Part shown: one piece after another, positions 1 to 16,529 of the stretch
Position numbering within the stretch: the first letter of the stretch is position 1
How the letters are laid out: every line of letters starts with the position of its first letter
Origin: the human T2T-CHM13v2.0 reference genome, Homo sapiens
Direction: 5' to 3' (one strand)
Length of the DNA: 64,000 nucleotides
Assembly (NCBI RefSeq): GCF_009914755.1
Contig: NC_060936.1
Translations under genes and position numbers: made by a program
The notes under the pieces: generated by a model
Database searches by the model: none
Told to the model about the DNA's origin: nothing
What the model saw: the letters and a program-made list of their open reading frames with translations, nothing else

Positions 1-244
1 CTGATGACTATTAAACTTTGAAGTCTTTTTCACATATATTTTTGTTGAGCTTTGTCATCCTCCAATCCTATCTTTGTGTGATTTGAGTTTGAGACCCTAG
101 TACATTGCCTTAAATATTCATATTAAACATGTTAAATTCAGCCCATTATGATGGTTTTTCTGGGTTTTGTTTTTGGATTCTAGTTTTGTCATCTGAAATA
201 ACCCATTTTATTGTGTTTCTTATGTTTCTGTTTTTGTTTTCTAG

Positions 245-347
245 TATAAAACAAGCAAAGAAGGGAGTGTAATGGGAGTTACAGTATCCCGGCTTGCAAT
301 GTTGTCTCACTGCCAAGCTCTGTCGCAGGCCTGCAATTATTCTGAAG
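245..347 (+). CDS. DIP2B: DIP2B coding exon (~exon 13), YKTSKEGSVMGVTVSRLAMLSHCQALSQACNYSE
   Basis: ttttctag acceptor, G|gtcaga donor; 103 nt, phase 0->1; peptide matches DIP2B as recalled. Confidence 0.96.
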
Positions 348-977
348 GTCAGACCTCATCCCATGACTGCCCTCATTGTTACCTTCAGAGATGTGTGACT
401 GTGAGCACAATGCTCAGTGATTGGACCTCATTTAATGACCGAATTCAGAGTGAAATGTCCCAAGACACATTCTTGGCTTGCTTTTGTTTTCTTCTTCTCA
501 AAAATATGCTGTAGTTTAAAGGAACCAAAATTCTGGGCAAACCAAAATGTAAAGCATAATTTCTAGAGTACAGCAGTAGAAAACCCTAATTAAAATCCTG
601 TTTTTGTTAGCTGTGGAATGGCAGGTATCTCCATCTTCCCCTGCCTGTATAGTGGGCTACCAGCTATACATTTGGAGTCAAAGAAATTCAGCTACCAAAA
701 AGCATAAATTAAAACACAAAAATGTATTCGATATTTTTGAACTTTAGATAGGTTGATACATAATTGCATAAACCACTATTTGCCTCAGAATGTTCTTTGC
801 AATATTAATTTTTTTAGTGTTTTCCCTTTATAAAATGAAACAAGTTAATAAATGGTCATGATAAAATTTTTAACCAGACAACAATGTTCTATCATGAAAT
901 TATATATATATACGCACACATAATGGAAGCAATCAAAATGCCCTTAAATAAGGATTGATTAAGTTATAATACATTCA

Positions 978-2058
<1,081 letters not shown>

Positions 2059-2144
2059 TCAGTTGTTTATAAGAGGCAAGTGACATAATTTTGCTACTTA
2101 ATACTAAAGATGATTTCTTTGTCTTCCTATTTTTTCTATTTTAG

Positions 2145-2209
2145 GGGAAACAATAGTAAATGTCTTAGACTTTAAGAAGGATGCTGGGCTGTGGCACGGC
2201 ATGTTTGCG
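2145..2209 (+). CDS. DIP2B: DIP2B exon (~14), GETIVNVLDFKKDAGLWHGMFA
   Basis: ttttag|GG..GCG|gtaagc; 65 nt; frame continues from previous exon. Confidence 0.95.
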
Positions 2210-3409
2210 GTAAGCTACTCAGATTTAAGGCCCTTAGTGTAAATTGTGCTTGAGATAAGGCCAGCATGTTGTATAACTGGAGCATCTCTCAGTGCTTGTT
2301 TGAAATTTAAATCCCCAAAAGGTCAGTAATATTTTCCAGAGGCCATATAACCTTTCCACTGGACAGAATGTTTTGAATGACTGCCATGCATAAGCTGCAT
2401 GCTGCAACTGAAGAAGAGTAACAAGGTAGATGGGGATTCTCCCCATCAGAGAGGAACAGGTAGCATACTATGGGTGTTAGAAAAAGGTGACTTCCTTCTA
2501 GGTCTGGGCTTCAAGGCAGTTTTTGTGGAAGAAGTGACAGCTGAGTTGGACTTTGAAAAATAGGTAAGCTTTAGACATACAGAGATTTTTGTAAGGGGAT
2601 ATAGAGGTAGAGAGAGGGGACATTTCAAGTGGCAAAACTACTATATGTAACATGCCATATAGGTGGAGAGAGAAAAAAAATACAGGGTTACCTGAATTGT
2701 AAAGGACTTCAGAGAGCCTCTAGTCTCACTTTCTTGATAATGCAGGAGCTGGGAAAGCATGGGAAATGAATCATGAGGGAAGAGGAGGTGGATCCCTTTT
2801 CACCCAGAACCCTCGAAATCTTCAGTAAATTTACTTTCTAGCTCTTTTCTGAAACCTTTTCCATTTTCTTCTTTATCAGAAGTTAAAAATCCTTTTGAGG
2901 AGGTAAGAAGAATCTCTTCTCTGTGATACCAAGTGCAAGATAGGGACATGTGTGAAGAATTGAGTTATAAACACCAGCCTTTTCCTGAAACCAAAAGTTT
3001 CTCACCAGAGCTAGAAACTTGGAGAGAGAAAACAGTATCTTGCAGTAGTATCTTGGTTTCTTTGGGCAAGTTAGAGAGTGAGCAAAATGGCTAATCTCAA
3101 TACGAAGGCTTGGTTATTCTATGAGGCTGGGTCTGTTTGGGGACAGGGTGTCTTGTGTATGCTTGATTAGAGTGGCAGGAGAGACCCTAAATTGCATGAC
3201 CCCTCAACACCTTCAGCTTTATCTAACAAAAAAAAATTAACAGATGTAGGCAGGACCTCCTGTAAGAAACAGGGACATTTCGATTTCTTGCTTTGTGATG
3301 CCCAGCTAGCCCCTTTGTGGCATGTGGCAAGTACGAACATGATAAAAGCATTAAGTGGGTTGGAGGGCAGTTTGGCAGTGTCTGTTAGCATTTTAAAAGC
3401 ATATACCAC

Positions 3410-3861
3410 AGCCGGGCACTGTGACTCAGGCCTGTAATCCCAGCACTTTGAGAGGCCAAGGCAGGCGAATTACTTGAGGCCAGGAGTTCAAGACAAGCTT
3501 GGCCAACATGGTGAAATCCCAACTCTACTAACAATACAAAAATTAGCTGGACATTGTGGCGCACACCTGTAATCCCTGCTACTCAGGAGGCTGTGCAGGA
3601 GAATTGTTTGAACCCAGGAGGCAGAGGTTGCAGTGAGCCGAGATCGCACCACTGTACTCTAGCCTGGGCAACAGAGCAGGACTCTGTCTCAGATAAATAC
3701 ATACATACATACATACATACATACATACATACATACATACATACATACACCAGTCCCAGCTACCCTGGAGGCTGAGGCAAGAGAATCACTTGAGTTCAGG
3801 AATTGGAGGCCAGCCTGGGCAACATAGTGAAACCCCTGTCTCTTTTTTTTTTTTTTTTTTT
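3410..3861 (+). mobile_element. AluS + (ATAC)n (~3697-3748) + Alu monomer fragment + T19
   Basis: Alu consensus match; tetranucleotide tail. Confidence 0.9.
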
Positions 3862-4455
3862 AAAGCATATGCCATATGACAGCAGTACTACATGTCCATA
3901 TAGGGAAATACTTGCACAAGTCCAGGGAAGGAAGTAGGAATGTGCTCCTTGAAACATTTTTTGTAGTAGCAAAAAATTGTCATTAATAGGGAAATGCCTA
4001 AATAATTGTGATATAGCCAAACAATGGAATACTGTGCCGCAGTTCAAAAAGAATTATGTAGATCTCTTATACTGATATGCATAGATTTAGCTTTAAAACA
4101 ATTTAAATGAAAAAAACAAGTTACAGATATATGTATAATATGATGTCTTTTATGTTAAAAATACTTATATATTTCTATGGGAACAAATATCTATGAAAAT
4201 GCATTGAAAAAAGATTGGAAGGATATCTGTCAAATTTGTAACTGATTATCTCTGGCGAGGAGAGGAGGGAACCAGGTTTGAGGGTAGGTATTAAAGGAAC
4301 TTCAATCTTATATTTAATATTTAAGATTGTTTTCAAAGAGTGTGTATTTGAGTATTACTTGTATAATTAAAATTGCTAACAAAAGACCAGCTCAATTTTA
4401 AAATACTAAGTATGTATTTTGTATTGATTACTTTTCTTCTTTCTTTGTTTTTCAG

Positions 4456-4549
4456 AATGTAATGAATAAGATGCACACAATCAGCGTACCCTACTCTGTT
4501 ATGAAAACCTGTCCTCTCTCTTGGGTCCAAAGAGTACATGCTCACAAAG
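4456..4549 (+). CDS. DIP2B: DIP2B exon (~15), NVMNKMHTISVPYSVMKTCPLSWVQRVHAHK
   Basis: tttcag|AAT..AAAG|gtagtc; 94 nt, in frame. Confidence 0.95.
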
Positions 4550-5036
4550 GTAGTCACCTGCAACATCTGAGCTTTAATTATGTGACTGTTTGAATTAAGA
4601 TTTCAGGGATTTCAGAGATTTTCAAATTGCCCTTGTATGCCCCTGTCCCTTAACAAATTGTAGAGTTTAGTTACTACAGAATTAGGTACCTTTCCTGTTC
4701 ATCTCACTGATGTCCTCTCTTAAGCATTGAGATGAATTTTTTCCAAATGCGAGCCTTGAATTAGATTTGAGTGTCTTGGTATTCACAGTTTCCTTGGCTG
4801 GGACACTGTGACCTGCCTAGAGGGTCTCAGTGAACAAACAATTGTAGGTCCAGTCAGTTGTCTAAATGTGATAATTTCTGCCTCTGAGCTATTGGCACAA
4901 TCTCTTTGAAACCGTTTTTATCTTCTCCAAGCAAATATCATGATTCCCCAAATAAGTAAAAATGTTTTTATTGTGGTATATTACATATGTCCCAAATTTA
5001 TTGTGTATGTTAACTTCATCCCTTTTGAATTTATAG

Positions 5037-5156
5037 CCAAGGTAGCTTTAGTAAAATGTCGGGACTTGCACTGGGCTATGATGGCACATCGGGACCAAAG
5101 AGACGTGAGCTTGAGTTCCCTCCGAATGTTAATTGTGACAGATGGAGCTAACCCCT
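5037..5156 (+). CDS. DIP2B: DIP2B exon (~16), AKVALVKCRDLHWAMMAHRDQRDVSLSSLRMLIVTDGANP
   Basis: tatag|CC..CCCT|gtgagt; 120 nt; lies within ORF 4940-5209. Confidence 0.96.
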
Positions 5157-5224
5157 GTGAGTATTTCTTCATTGTGGATCTGGGAATATCCTGTGTTTTG
5201 ATAGATTAGGGTTTTTCGCCCTGT

Positions 5225-5640
5225 ACTAAGATATAATTCACATACTGAAAAACTCACTCATTTAAGATGTGTAATTCAGTGGTTTTGGTATATTCACGAG
5301 TTGTGTAACCATCATTACAATCTAAGTTTAGAACATTTTCATCACCCAAAAAGAAACCACATGCCCATTATCAGTCACTCGCCATTTTTCCTCCTGCCCC
5401 AGCCCTAGACGACTGCTAATCTATTGCCTGTCTCCCTAGATTTGCCTATTCTGAACATTTCTTATAAATGCAGTCATGCAGTATGTGGTCTTTGTGATGG
5501 GCTTCTTTTTCTTAGCATGTTTTTAACGTTCATCCATGTTGTAGTATCTGTCAGTACTTCTGCATTCCTTGTTACTACCAGGAAATCGTCCATTGTATAG
5601 TTATACCACATTGTATTTACTCATTCATCTTTTGATGGAT
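5225..5640 (-). mobile_element. Old L1 (L1MA/MB-type) 3' end
   Basis: GATATAATTCACATAC..TTGTGTAACCATCA..TAGATTTGCCTATTCTG..TTCATCCATGTTGTAG. Confidence 0.8.
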
Positions 5641-6249
5641 CTATAAGCTTTTAAGTCATTCTTTTTTGCTCATTCATGTATAACCTCTTTCTATCATGTA
5701 ACTGGGTATTCCTGTGTTACCTGCTTTTCTCTACAAGCCCCCAAATCCTGATCCTTCACACAGTAGAATCAGGTAGAGCACTACACTGTTTGTCATAAAT
5801 GGACTTTGTTAGTAGTCACATTGATCATCATAGTTTAAAACACAGACATGGGCTTGACCTTAATATCATATAGAAGGTGGAGCTAAGCCAATATTAAATT
5901 GCACTGGCTATGACAGTTCCTCAGGAAGAGTTGCTAAATTATAAACTGGCTGCATATTGCCTGCAGTGTTATCTCTGATACTGATTTGTCAGTTTAATAG
6001 GAGCAGCCTTATTCCAAGGTGTAATTTTAAATAGTGTCAGTGACCTTTTATGGGCTGGATGAGCATTAATTTGTCCTTGAAATATATCAAACCATCTCAC
6101 AGGGACAGTAAAATATTTGCGTGGAATTAACAATATACAATATGAGTTCTCATGAGAAATAAGTATGTCAGCTTTCTATTCTTTACCATTTTCCTACAGT
6201 AATGAAAAGCATAATTTCAGCTTCAGGTTGATCTGTTCCAACTCCTTAG

Positions 6250-6364
6250 GGTCCGTGTCATCCTGTGATGCCTTCCTGAGTCTGTTCCAAAGTCATGGAC
6301 TGAAGCCTGAGGCCATCTGTCCGTGCGCCACGTCTGCTGAAGCCATGACTGTAGCAATCCGCAG
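6250..6364 (+). CDS. DIP2B: DIP2B exon (~17), WSVSSCDAFLSLFQSHGLKPEAICPCATSAEAMTVAIR
   Basis: cttag|GG..CAG|gtactg; 115 nt, in frame. Confidence 0.95.
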
Positions 6365-6719
6365 GTACTGTTCAGGATGTCAGATGCTCTTGATGTATGT
6401 TACAACTTGGATGAAATGTGCAGTATTTACCAGGTGATGACCAACGGATGTTAACTAATTTTCTAAGCAGTTTCAAGCATCTCATTTTTCCCACTCTTGC
6501 TCAAAGTGTATGCAGTAAACTGAAAAATTTAATTGATATCATTTCGTATTTGTGAATTAGCTCTTTTTCTGTGCCATTTTGCTCTTCGGAATCCATAGCA
6601 CCTTAGATTAAAAATAGACTGTTCTTGATTGTAGCTTAAGTATGGATAGTATATCTATAGTATATTCAAGACCATTATGTATGTAAGTATCAGTGAATGT
6701 GTGTGTGTGTATATAGATA

Positions 6720-6722
<3 letters not shown>

Positions 6723-6753
<31 letters not shown>

Positions 6754-7378
6754 TAGGATCTCTCTTTGTCACCCAGTGGCATGATTATGGCTCACTGCAG
6801 CCTCAACCTCCTGGGCTCAAACAGTCCTCCTGCCTCAACTTCCTGAGTAGCTAGGACTACAGGCATGTACCACCACGCCTGGCTAATTTTTAAATTTTTT
6901 TGTAGAGATAGGTTCTTGTTATGTTGCCCAGGCTGGTCTCGAATTACTGGCTTTGAGCAGTCCACCTTCCTTGTCCTCCCAAGTGCTGGGATTGTAAGCA
7001 TGAGCCACCAAGCCTGGCCCAGTACGCAATACTTGATGATGATGATAAATGACCATTTTGCTGGTTTATGTGTTTACTACACTACATTTTTTTTAAATTT
7101 AATTTTTTAGAGATGGGGTCTTGCTCTGTTATCCAGGCTGGAGCACAGTGACACGATCATTGTAGCCTCAACCTCCCAGGCTCAGATGGTTCTCCCACCT
7201 TAGCCTCCCAAGTAGCTGGGACTACAAGCATGTGCCATCATACCCAGCTAATTTTTGTATTTTTTGTAGAGATGGGGGTCCCACTGTGTTGCCCAGGCTG
7301 GTCTTGAACTCCTGGCCTCAAGCAATCCTCCTGCCACAGCAGTTGCTGGGATCACAGGTGTGAGACACCACACCCAGC
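6723..7378 (-). mobile_element. Two antisense AluJ elements
   Basis: Poly-T leads followed by antisense Alu bodies. Confidence 0.92.
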
Positions 7379-7517
7379 TCTAATTTGGCATATTTTTGGG
7401 AGAGAAAATGGAGAATTTTTTTGGTATTGTAGCCAGAGGAAATTTGTCTTCCTATGTATTTGTATTTTTCCCTTGATGTTATTTCATTCACCAAACTTGA
7501 TGGGTTCTTCTTTTCAG

Positions 7518-7657
7518 GCCTGGAGTTCCAGGAGCCCCTTTGCCAGGAAGAGCCATTCTCTCAATGAATGGATTGAGCTATGGGGTAATACGGGTCAATA
7601 CTGAAGATAAAAATTCAGCACTGACGGTCCAGGATGTAGGGCATGTAATGCCTGGTG
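7518..7657 (+). CDS. DIP2B: DIP2B exon (~18), RPGVPGAPLPGRAILSMNGLSYGVIRVNTEDKNSALTVQDVGHVMPG
   Basis: ttttcag|G..GGTG|gtgagt; 140 nt, in frame. Confidence 0.96.
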
Positions 7658-8255
7658 GTGAGTCGCAAGGAGCATCATTTGGTTTTTCATAAAGATTTGT
7701 CATCAGAGATAATAGAGCCTGATAAAATACAGAATCCCAAACGAGGAACCCTTAATTCAGTACTTAACGCATTTAATTTCTCAGAGCCTCTCTAATAGTT
7801 AAGTCATTATAATTATGCTGACCTTCCAGCAGTATTGTATGACTTACCAGTTGTGAATGCTTCAAGTCCATTTCTTTACCTGGAAGGCCAAATACTGAGA
7901 GATGTTAAAGTTACCTGGTTTTCACTGTAATTGCCAAGCCATTGGGACTGGCAGAAAATTAGAGCATACTGCTTCCAAGAGTGTTTGAGTTTGACCTGCC
8001 TAAGGGTAACACCTCATTCATCTAACCTGTTTATTTGGGCTTTGCATTCATCGTTAATATGTCACTGTCTCTACAAGCTTTACATTTCAAATATACCTAT
8101 GTAGTTTCAGGTTTATGTTTAGCATTCCTGTTTGGTATTTTTACTTAATGCCACTCAGTAAAGGCAGGACTTTCTTGGGTTCACAGGATGAAGCTGTTAT
8201 TTTACAAAAGTTTTCTAGAATCTTTGTCCTTTAACCTGTATTTTCTGTACGTTAG

Positions 8256-8392
8256 GGATGATGTGCATTGTGAAACCAGATGGACCTCCCCAGCTCTGCA
8301 AAACAGATGAAATTGGAGAAATCTGTGTTAGCTCCAGAACTGGAGGCATGATGTACTTTGGGCTTGCTGGTGTGACAAAAAATACATTTGAG
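8256..8392 (+). CDS. DIP2B: DIP2B exon (~19), GMMCIVKPDGPPQLCKTDEIGEICVSSRTGGMMYFGLAGVTKNTFE
   Basis: gttag|GG..GAG|gtacat; 137 nt; GEI motif of adenylate-forming enzymes. Confidence 0.96.
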
Positions 8393-8469
8393 GTACATGA
8401 TATTAACATTTCACAGGGAAAATGTTTGGGGATTTCAGGATGTTACGAGGGCAGATCCCCTGGTTGATG

Positions 8470-8720
8470 GGACATAGCATAACATGTGGTTGAGAGTGTG
8501 TACTCTGGAGCTAGACTTGCCTAAGTTCAAATTCTGAACTTAGGTCACTAGCTGACCTTGGGTGAGTTGGTTAACCTCCCTGTGCCCCAATTTCCTTATC
8601 TTTAAAATGTGAGTAATAATTGTACCTATGTCATAGGATTGTTGTGAGCACTAATTGAGTTAATGTTTTATAAAGTGCTTAGAAAGAGCATCTGGCATAT
8701 AGGAAGTGCTGTTGTGTATC
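8470..8720 (+). mobile_element. MIR (other likely MIRs near 18260-18490, 34420-35035, 36430-36630, 41780-41920, 48265-48470, 49545-49720, 50330-50530)
   Basis: MIR core TGACCTTGGG..TTAACCTC.CTGTGCC..TTTCCT.ATC..TAAAATG. Confidence 0.75.
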
Positions 8721-8747
8721 TGTTAGATTTTTTAAAAGGGTAAGATG

Positions 8748-9114
<367 letters not shown>

Positions 9115-10057
9115 TCACTGTGGTGAATTTGCCATGGTTTGAGCTTTGTAAATTCAAATTTAATTTCGAGAGTAAACTCCAATTATGCTCAGTTACTAAT
9201 TAAAAATGAAGACTGTCCTTTCACAGGAGTCAGGTTGCTCATATTATTCAGTCTTTCAGTCAGACAAATATTTTTTGAGCACCTTTAATGTGTCTGGCAA
9301 TGTTCCAGATGCTTGGGGTGCATCAGAAAACAAAACAAAACTCCTTGTGGAGCTCACGTTCTTGTGGGGCCAGCACATTCTAGCTAGACTCGCACACGGT
9401 TTTCCTGCAGGCACTTCTGCATGCGAAGCCAGGTTGTAATGGAAACTTTGCCTAGTGAACCTGGAAGTCAGAACAGGGGCGGTTAATTGTCTACATTTAA
9501 TAATTGGAATTAACCTGTCTCAGGATACATTTTAGGGACGAGAGAAATTCAGGTGGCAGCCACATCCCTCTTCACACAAGACAGAGCTTATATAAGCACT
9601 CCTATTTTTCAGTTCTTTGAGCTTCTTTTTCTATAATCTAGACTAGTGATTCCCAGGATGGAAGGTTACAGGCATCTACTGTCCCACTTGAAATCAGTGC
9701 ATGTGATTACATACTAACAGATGTAACTTCAGAGAAAGTATCATCTCTGTGATACCATATCTATGCTCTCCATGATGTGGTACCTGAAAAGGGCTAAGAG
9801 CTCCTGGGCTGAACCTTATCTTTGTGTTTACCCAACCTAAAATGGCTTATATCACTTACTAAATGTCTTTCTCATAACTATTACTACTGTGCTCTTGCCC
9901 AGCCTTCAAAAGCTGTGTGCAATTCACCATGCCAGGAGTGGGCATTCATAAGCTCTTCAAGCATGTGTTTACTGCCAGTCTCTTGGTTTACTTTCCTAGG
10001 TGATTGATTTACCTCCCTTGAGTGTATATACATTTAACTAATTTAAATCTCACCCTA

Positions 10058-12428
<2,371 letters not shown>

Positions 12429-13326
12429 ATTTTTTTTTTAATAAATTAACAATAGGATATATTTTTCGGTACCAGATTGGCAAAGTTTGGAAAAATGGAT
12501 AGCACATAGTACTAGCCAGGACATGGGAAGAACCAGACATTCTAGTATGATATTAATGAGTGTAAATGGATACGACAGTTTTATAGGCCAGCCAATTAAA
12601 ATTGAAAAGACTCGTGCCTTTTGTACAGATGCATAAATGAATACAGCAATATTCATTAAAGCACCTTTATAATAGTGAAAAATTATAATGGCCTATCCAG
12701 CTGTAATAAAAGACTGGTTACATTCTAATAGCTACAATTTCCTGAATACTGATTCTGGGTCAGATACCGTACTTGTTTCTGCAAATCTTTTTGCATTCCT
12801 TAATCTTTACTCCAAGCCTGTGAGAGGCACAGAGTACTCCATTAAGTGGCTGCAAAACAGGGCTCAGAAAAATCCAGGCACTTGCCTAAAGTCTATGTTA
12901 CTAGTAAGTGGCAGAGCCAGAAATTGAATTGACACCAACGACTATGCTGTCCTGTCCCCCATGGAGTGGCTGAGTGGGCTAAGTCAACTCTTACTAACTT
13001 GGAAGGGTATCTGAGATATATTTCGTGGAAAAGCAAGTTGCAAAAAGTATAATATCTGTTTGAAAAAAAAAAAAACTCAGCACATTTATTTATATATACA
13101 TATTTTTTATATGTTTTATATATATATTTATATATGTATCTTCTTAAAAGTCTAGAGAGGTAAACAATAAATTGTAATTATTTCTTATCTCTAAAGGGAT
13201 GGAATTACTGGATTCACTATTACATTATTTTTTCACTGAGCATGTATTTTAATAAAACTTTTTAAAAATCACATATACTTTCTAAGAAAAAGCAAAGTTT
13301 TTCACTTACTTCATTTTGTCTCTTAG

Positions 13327-13407
13327 GTAATTCCAGTGAATTCTGCAGGCTCTCCTGTTGGGGATGTGCCATTCATCCGATCAGGATTGCTGGGGTTTGT
13401 AGGGCCG
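13327..13407 (+). CDS. DIP2B: DIP2B exon (~20), VIPVNSAGSPVGDVPFIRSGLLGFVGP
   Basis: cttag|GTA..CCG|gtaagt; 81 nt, phase 0-0. Confidence 0.95.
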
Positions 13408-13829
13408 GTAAGTGATGCTTTCATGTTGATTTTGTTACATTTGATCCAAATATTTGGACTTTAATTCACAGAACAGAACAAATTCTGATTAGTCCAAGAG
13501 TGTTACAGAACCACTTCACTTATATTTAAAGCAGTTCTTGTAAGGATGTCATAAAATGAGTTAGTGTTTATCATTTCCACTACCCAAGTTCATTTGACTC
13601 CTTCAAACTAAGACATTTTTTATTTTCTTTTTTTCCCCGCTGAGATCAGAAGACATGATGAGACTTTTTTTATTTTAAGAACTCTTTTCACTTATTCTCA
13701 CTATCTCGCTCTGATTTGATTAACATGTTGCAATAAGTTAGAAGAGTGCTGGAAAAAGTTATCTTCAGTAGCAAAGACAAACTATAATACATAGTATACA
13801 GAGCATTTTCATGTAAATGATTGGCACTA

Positions 13830-14160
<331 letters not shown>

Positions 14161-14499
14161 AAGTTTGTTATTCAGAACACAGTATTTATAGGTACAAGAT
14201 TAGAGACAATCAGGACATTAAAAGCCTGTTCTCAAAGAGCTCACAGTGAACTTGATGAGCCAGAGGATGGCAGAGATCTAGGTCATGGAGGGGCTTTGCA
14301 TGACATCATGGGAAGTAGGATTTTATTTTGTAAGTAATAGTCATTATTCCTAGCTAAGCCCATATTACTCCATTCATCTCTAATTACCTCCTACCCTGTC
14401 TTCTTTTCCACTTAACATCTTCAGTCATATAAGAGATCTAATTTTATTTTATTTCTTCCTTGCCATTTAATGGAGGGGCAGGGTGGGTGAGGACATAGA

Positions 14500-14830
14500 T
14501 CTAGGAGAATCAACTCTCTACACCTTTGTCTTGACTTTTTCACTTAGCACCAGGAAATTCTCAAAGACCCACCTCCTTTTAGCTTACAGCTCCATGATTG
14601 ATGTCCAAAATGGAGCTCCAAGCCTTTCATCTGTATTCCAAGAAACAGGGAAAGGTGCAGTCCTCCTCTTTAAAGGAAGATTCCTTGAAGCTGCTGTGCA
14701 ACACTTTCACTTATTGGTCTGAACTAGTCCTGCAGCCACACCTAGCTTCAAGGGAGACTGGAATGCAATCTTTATTTTGGTCAGCCATGCCCAGCTAAAA
14801 ATTATCCTACTGTGAACGAAATGGAGAAAT
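14500..14830 (-). mobile_element. MLT1J-like LTR fragment
   Basis: ACTTATTGG..AACTAGTC..GCCACACCTAGCT.CAAGGGAGACTGG motif. Confidence 0.55.
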
Positions 14831-15724
14831 GGACATTGAAGGAATGACAGTGACTGTCTCATTCTCTTACCAACACTGTGGCTTTTCAGCCTTTGTTGGA
14901 AATGGCTGCTTTTTTCCTGACATATGGGTTGAACCAGTAGCTTGTTGAGGATATGGGTTATGTCTTACATGGCCCAGTCACTGTGTAGGGCACTACATTG
15001 TGCTTAGTAAATCAGTGAGTGACATTCACGTGGAAATAACTGCTAGGTAGGTGAATGTATGTAAATGGACTAAGAAATTTAGAAATTCTGTAATGAATGA
15101 GAAAAGTTAATTTGCTGCAAATGAGTCTGGGAAGATTATTTATACAGTGATGCTTTTGGGGATTTCATAGTAGTTCCCTGCTGCTTTGTTTTCTTATTGG
15201 AAAAGAAAGGCACCTACAGCATTCCTTAGACCTTTCTTTATTAGCCTATTTCTAATACTGCCGGATGGAAACAGCATTACCCTTACCAACCTGAGACGGT
15301 CATTCTCCTATTTATACTGTTTTAATCTCCTCCTAATTCCAATAGTAAATGAATACATTTTTCTTCCTCTGTATCCTCTGAATAGAAACATAAGCAAACT
15401 AACACATAAATCATGGCTGGGAAAATCAGCTATGCTTGGGTGGAATCCTAGTTGCTTTCTTAATGAAGTTCCTCCCTAAAATAAATATGAGTAAATTCCC
15501 TTCTTAGGTATCCTGTGAGACTTCATTGGCTGTAAGATGCCACTCTTTTCCCAGCTGATTTCAGAGATGTCAAGATGTGAAATGCTTTCTCTAGAATCCG
15601 TAAAATATGGCAGTTGTGTTTTTAATACTTTTTAAATGAGATTTATTTAAAGGCAGGAAGTTAAAAGATGTCTGTTTTACTATTTAAATCATGGAAATCA
15701 AGGTAAATCATCATTACCTTTCAG

Positions 15725-15852
15725 GGTAGTTTGGTGTTCGTGGTTGGGAAAATGGATGGCTTACTGATGGTTAGTGGTCGAAGACATAATGCTGATGACA
15801 TTGTTGCTACTGGATTGGCTGTAGAATCAATAAAGACTGTTTATAGAGGAAG
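15725..15852 (+). CDS. DIP2B: DIP2B exon (~21), GSLVFVVGKMDGLLMVSGRRHNADDIVATGLAVESIKTVYRG
   Basis: tttcag|GGT..AAG|gtgagt; 128 nt; A8 hinge-like motif. Confidence 0.96.
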
Positions 15853-16529
15853 GTGAGTAGTACAAAATTCAAATGTTAGCACCTTTTAATGGAATCTAAA
15901 TACATCTTCACATGGTGATTTCAGTGGTATTTTGTAGGTTCTCTTTCCAAGTGATCAGATTGTTTTTGTTAAGCATTGCATAAGCCTGGCTTTTTTTTTT
16001 CTTCTTCTTCTTCTTAGCCTGGCTTTTAATATATATTTTACAACATCTGGTGCTTCAGCTGTAACTAAGAGGATTAAGATGCAACTATATCCTTTACTTC
16101 AGATTTAACTTCAGATTTGTTGAATCCTGAGGACTGAGGAGAATTCTAAAACATTAACTTCCTGCATTTCTTCAATGCAAAAGTAGTGCCATTCAGACTA
16201 ACTGATATAGATGCTACTCTGTAGGCATTTACATCTAAGAATTGTTTCTCTTGTTTCTAATTAAATTATACCGTTTTAATGTGGGGATTGACATAGTGCA
16301 TAATTTCAAATTCCATGGACAAAGTCAATTAGATATCTTTTTTCTTTGCTTATTAATGTAAGAAAAGATATTTGCTACATATTTGAGTAGTTGATGTCCT
16401 GTTCAGCAATTTGCAATCGTAGATGTGTCTCTTTAAGGCAAACTTAGTGTCCCTTTAGTTTAAGAAGTACAAAAAATTAGTGAAACAGTTTCTGAAATGT
16501 ATAGTTTTTTTTGTAGTGGTGTGGCTTCC

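Noticed and set aside
15508-15516. GTATCCT U12-type donor-like motif
   Set aside because: Intronic and not at an exon boundary; all 25 reconstructed introns look like ordinary U2 GT-AG
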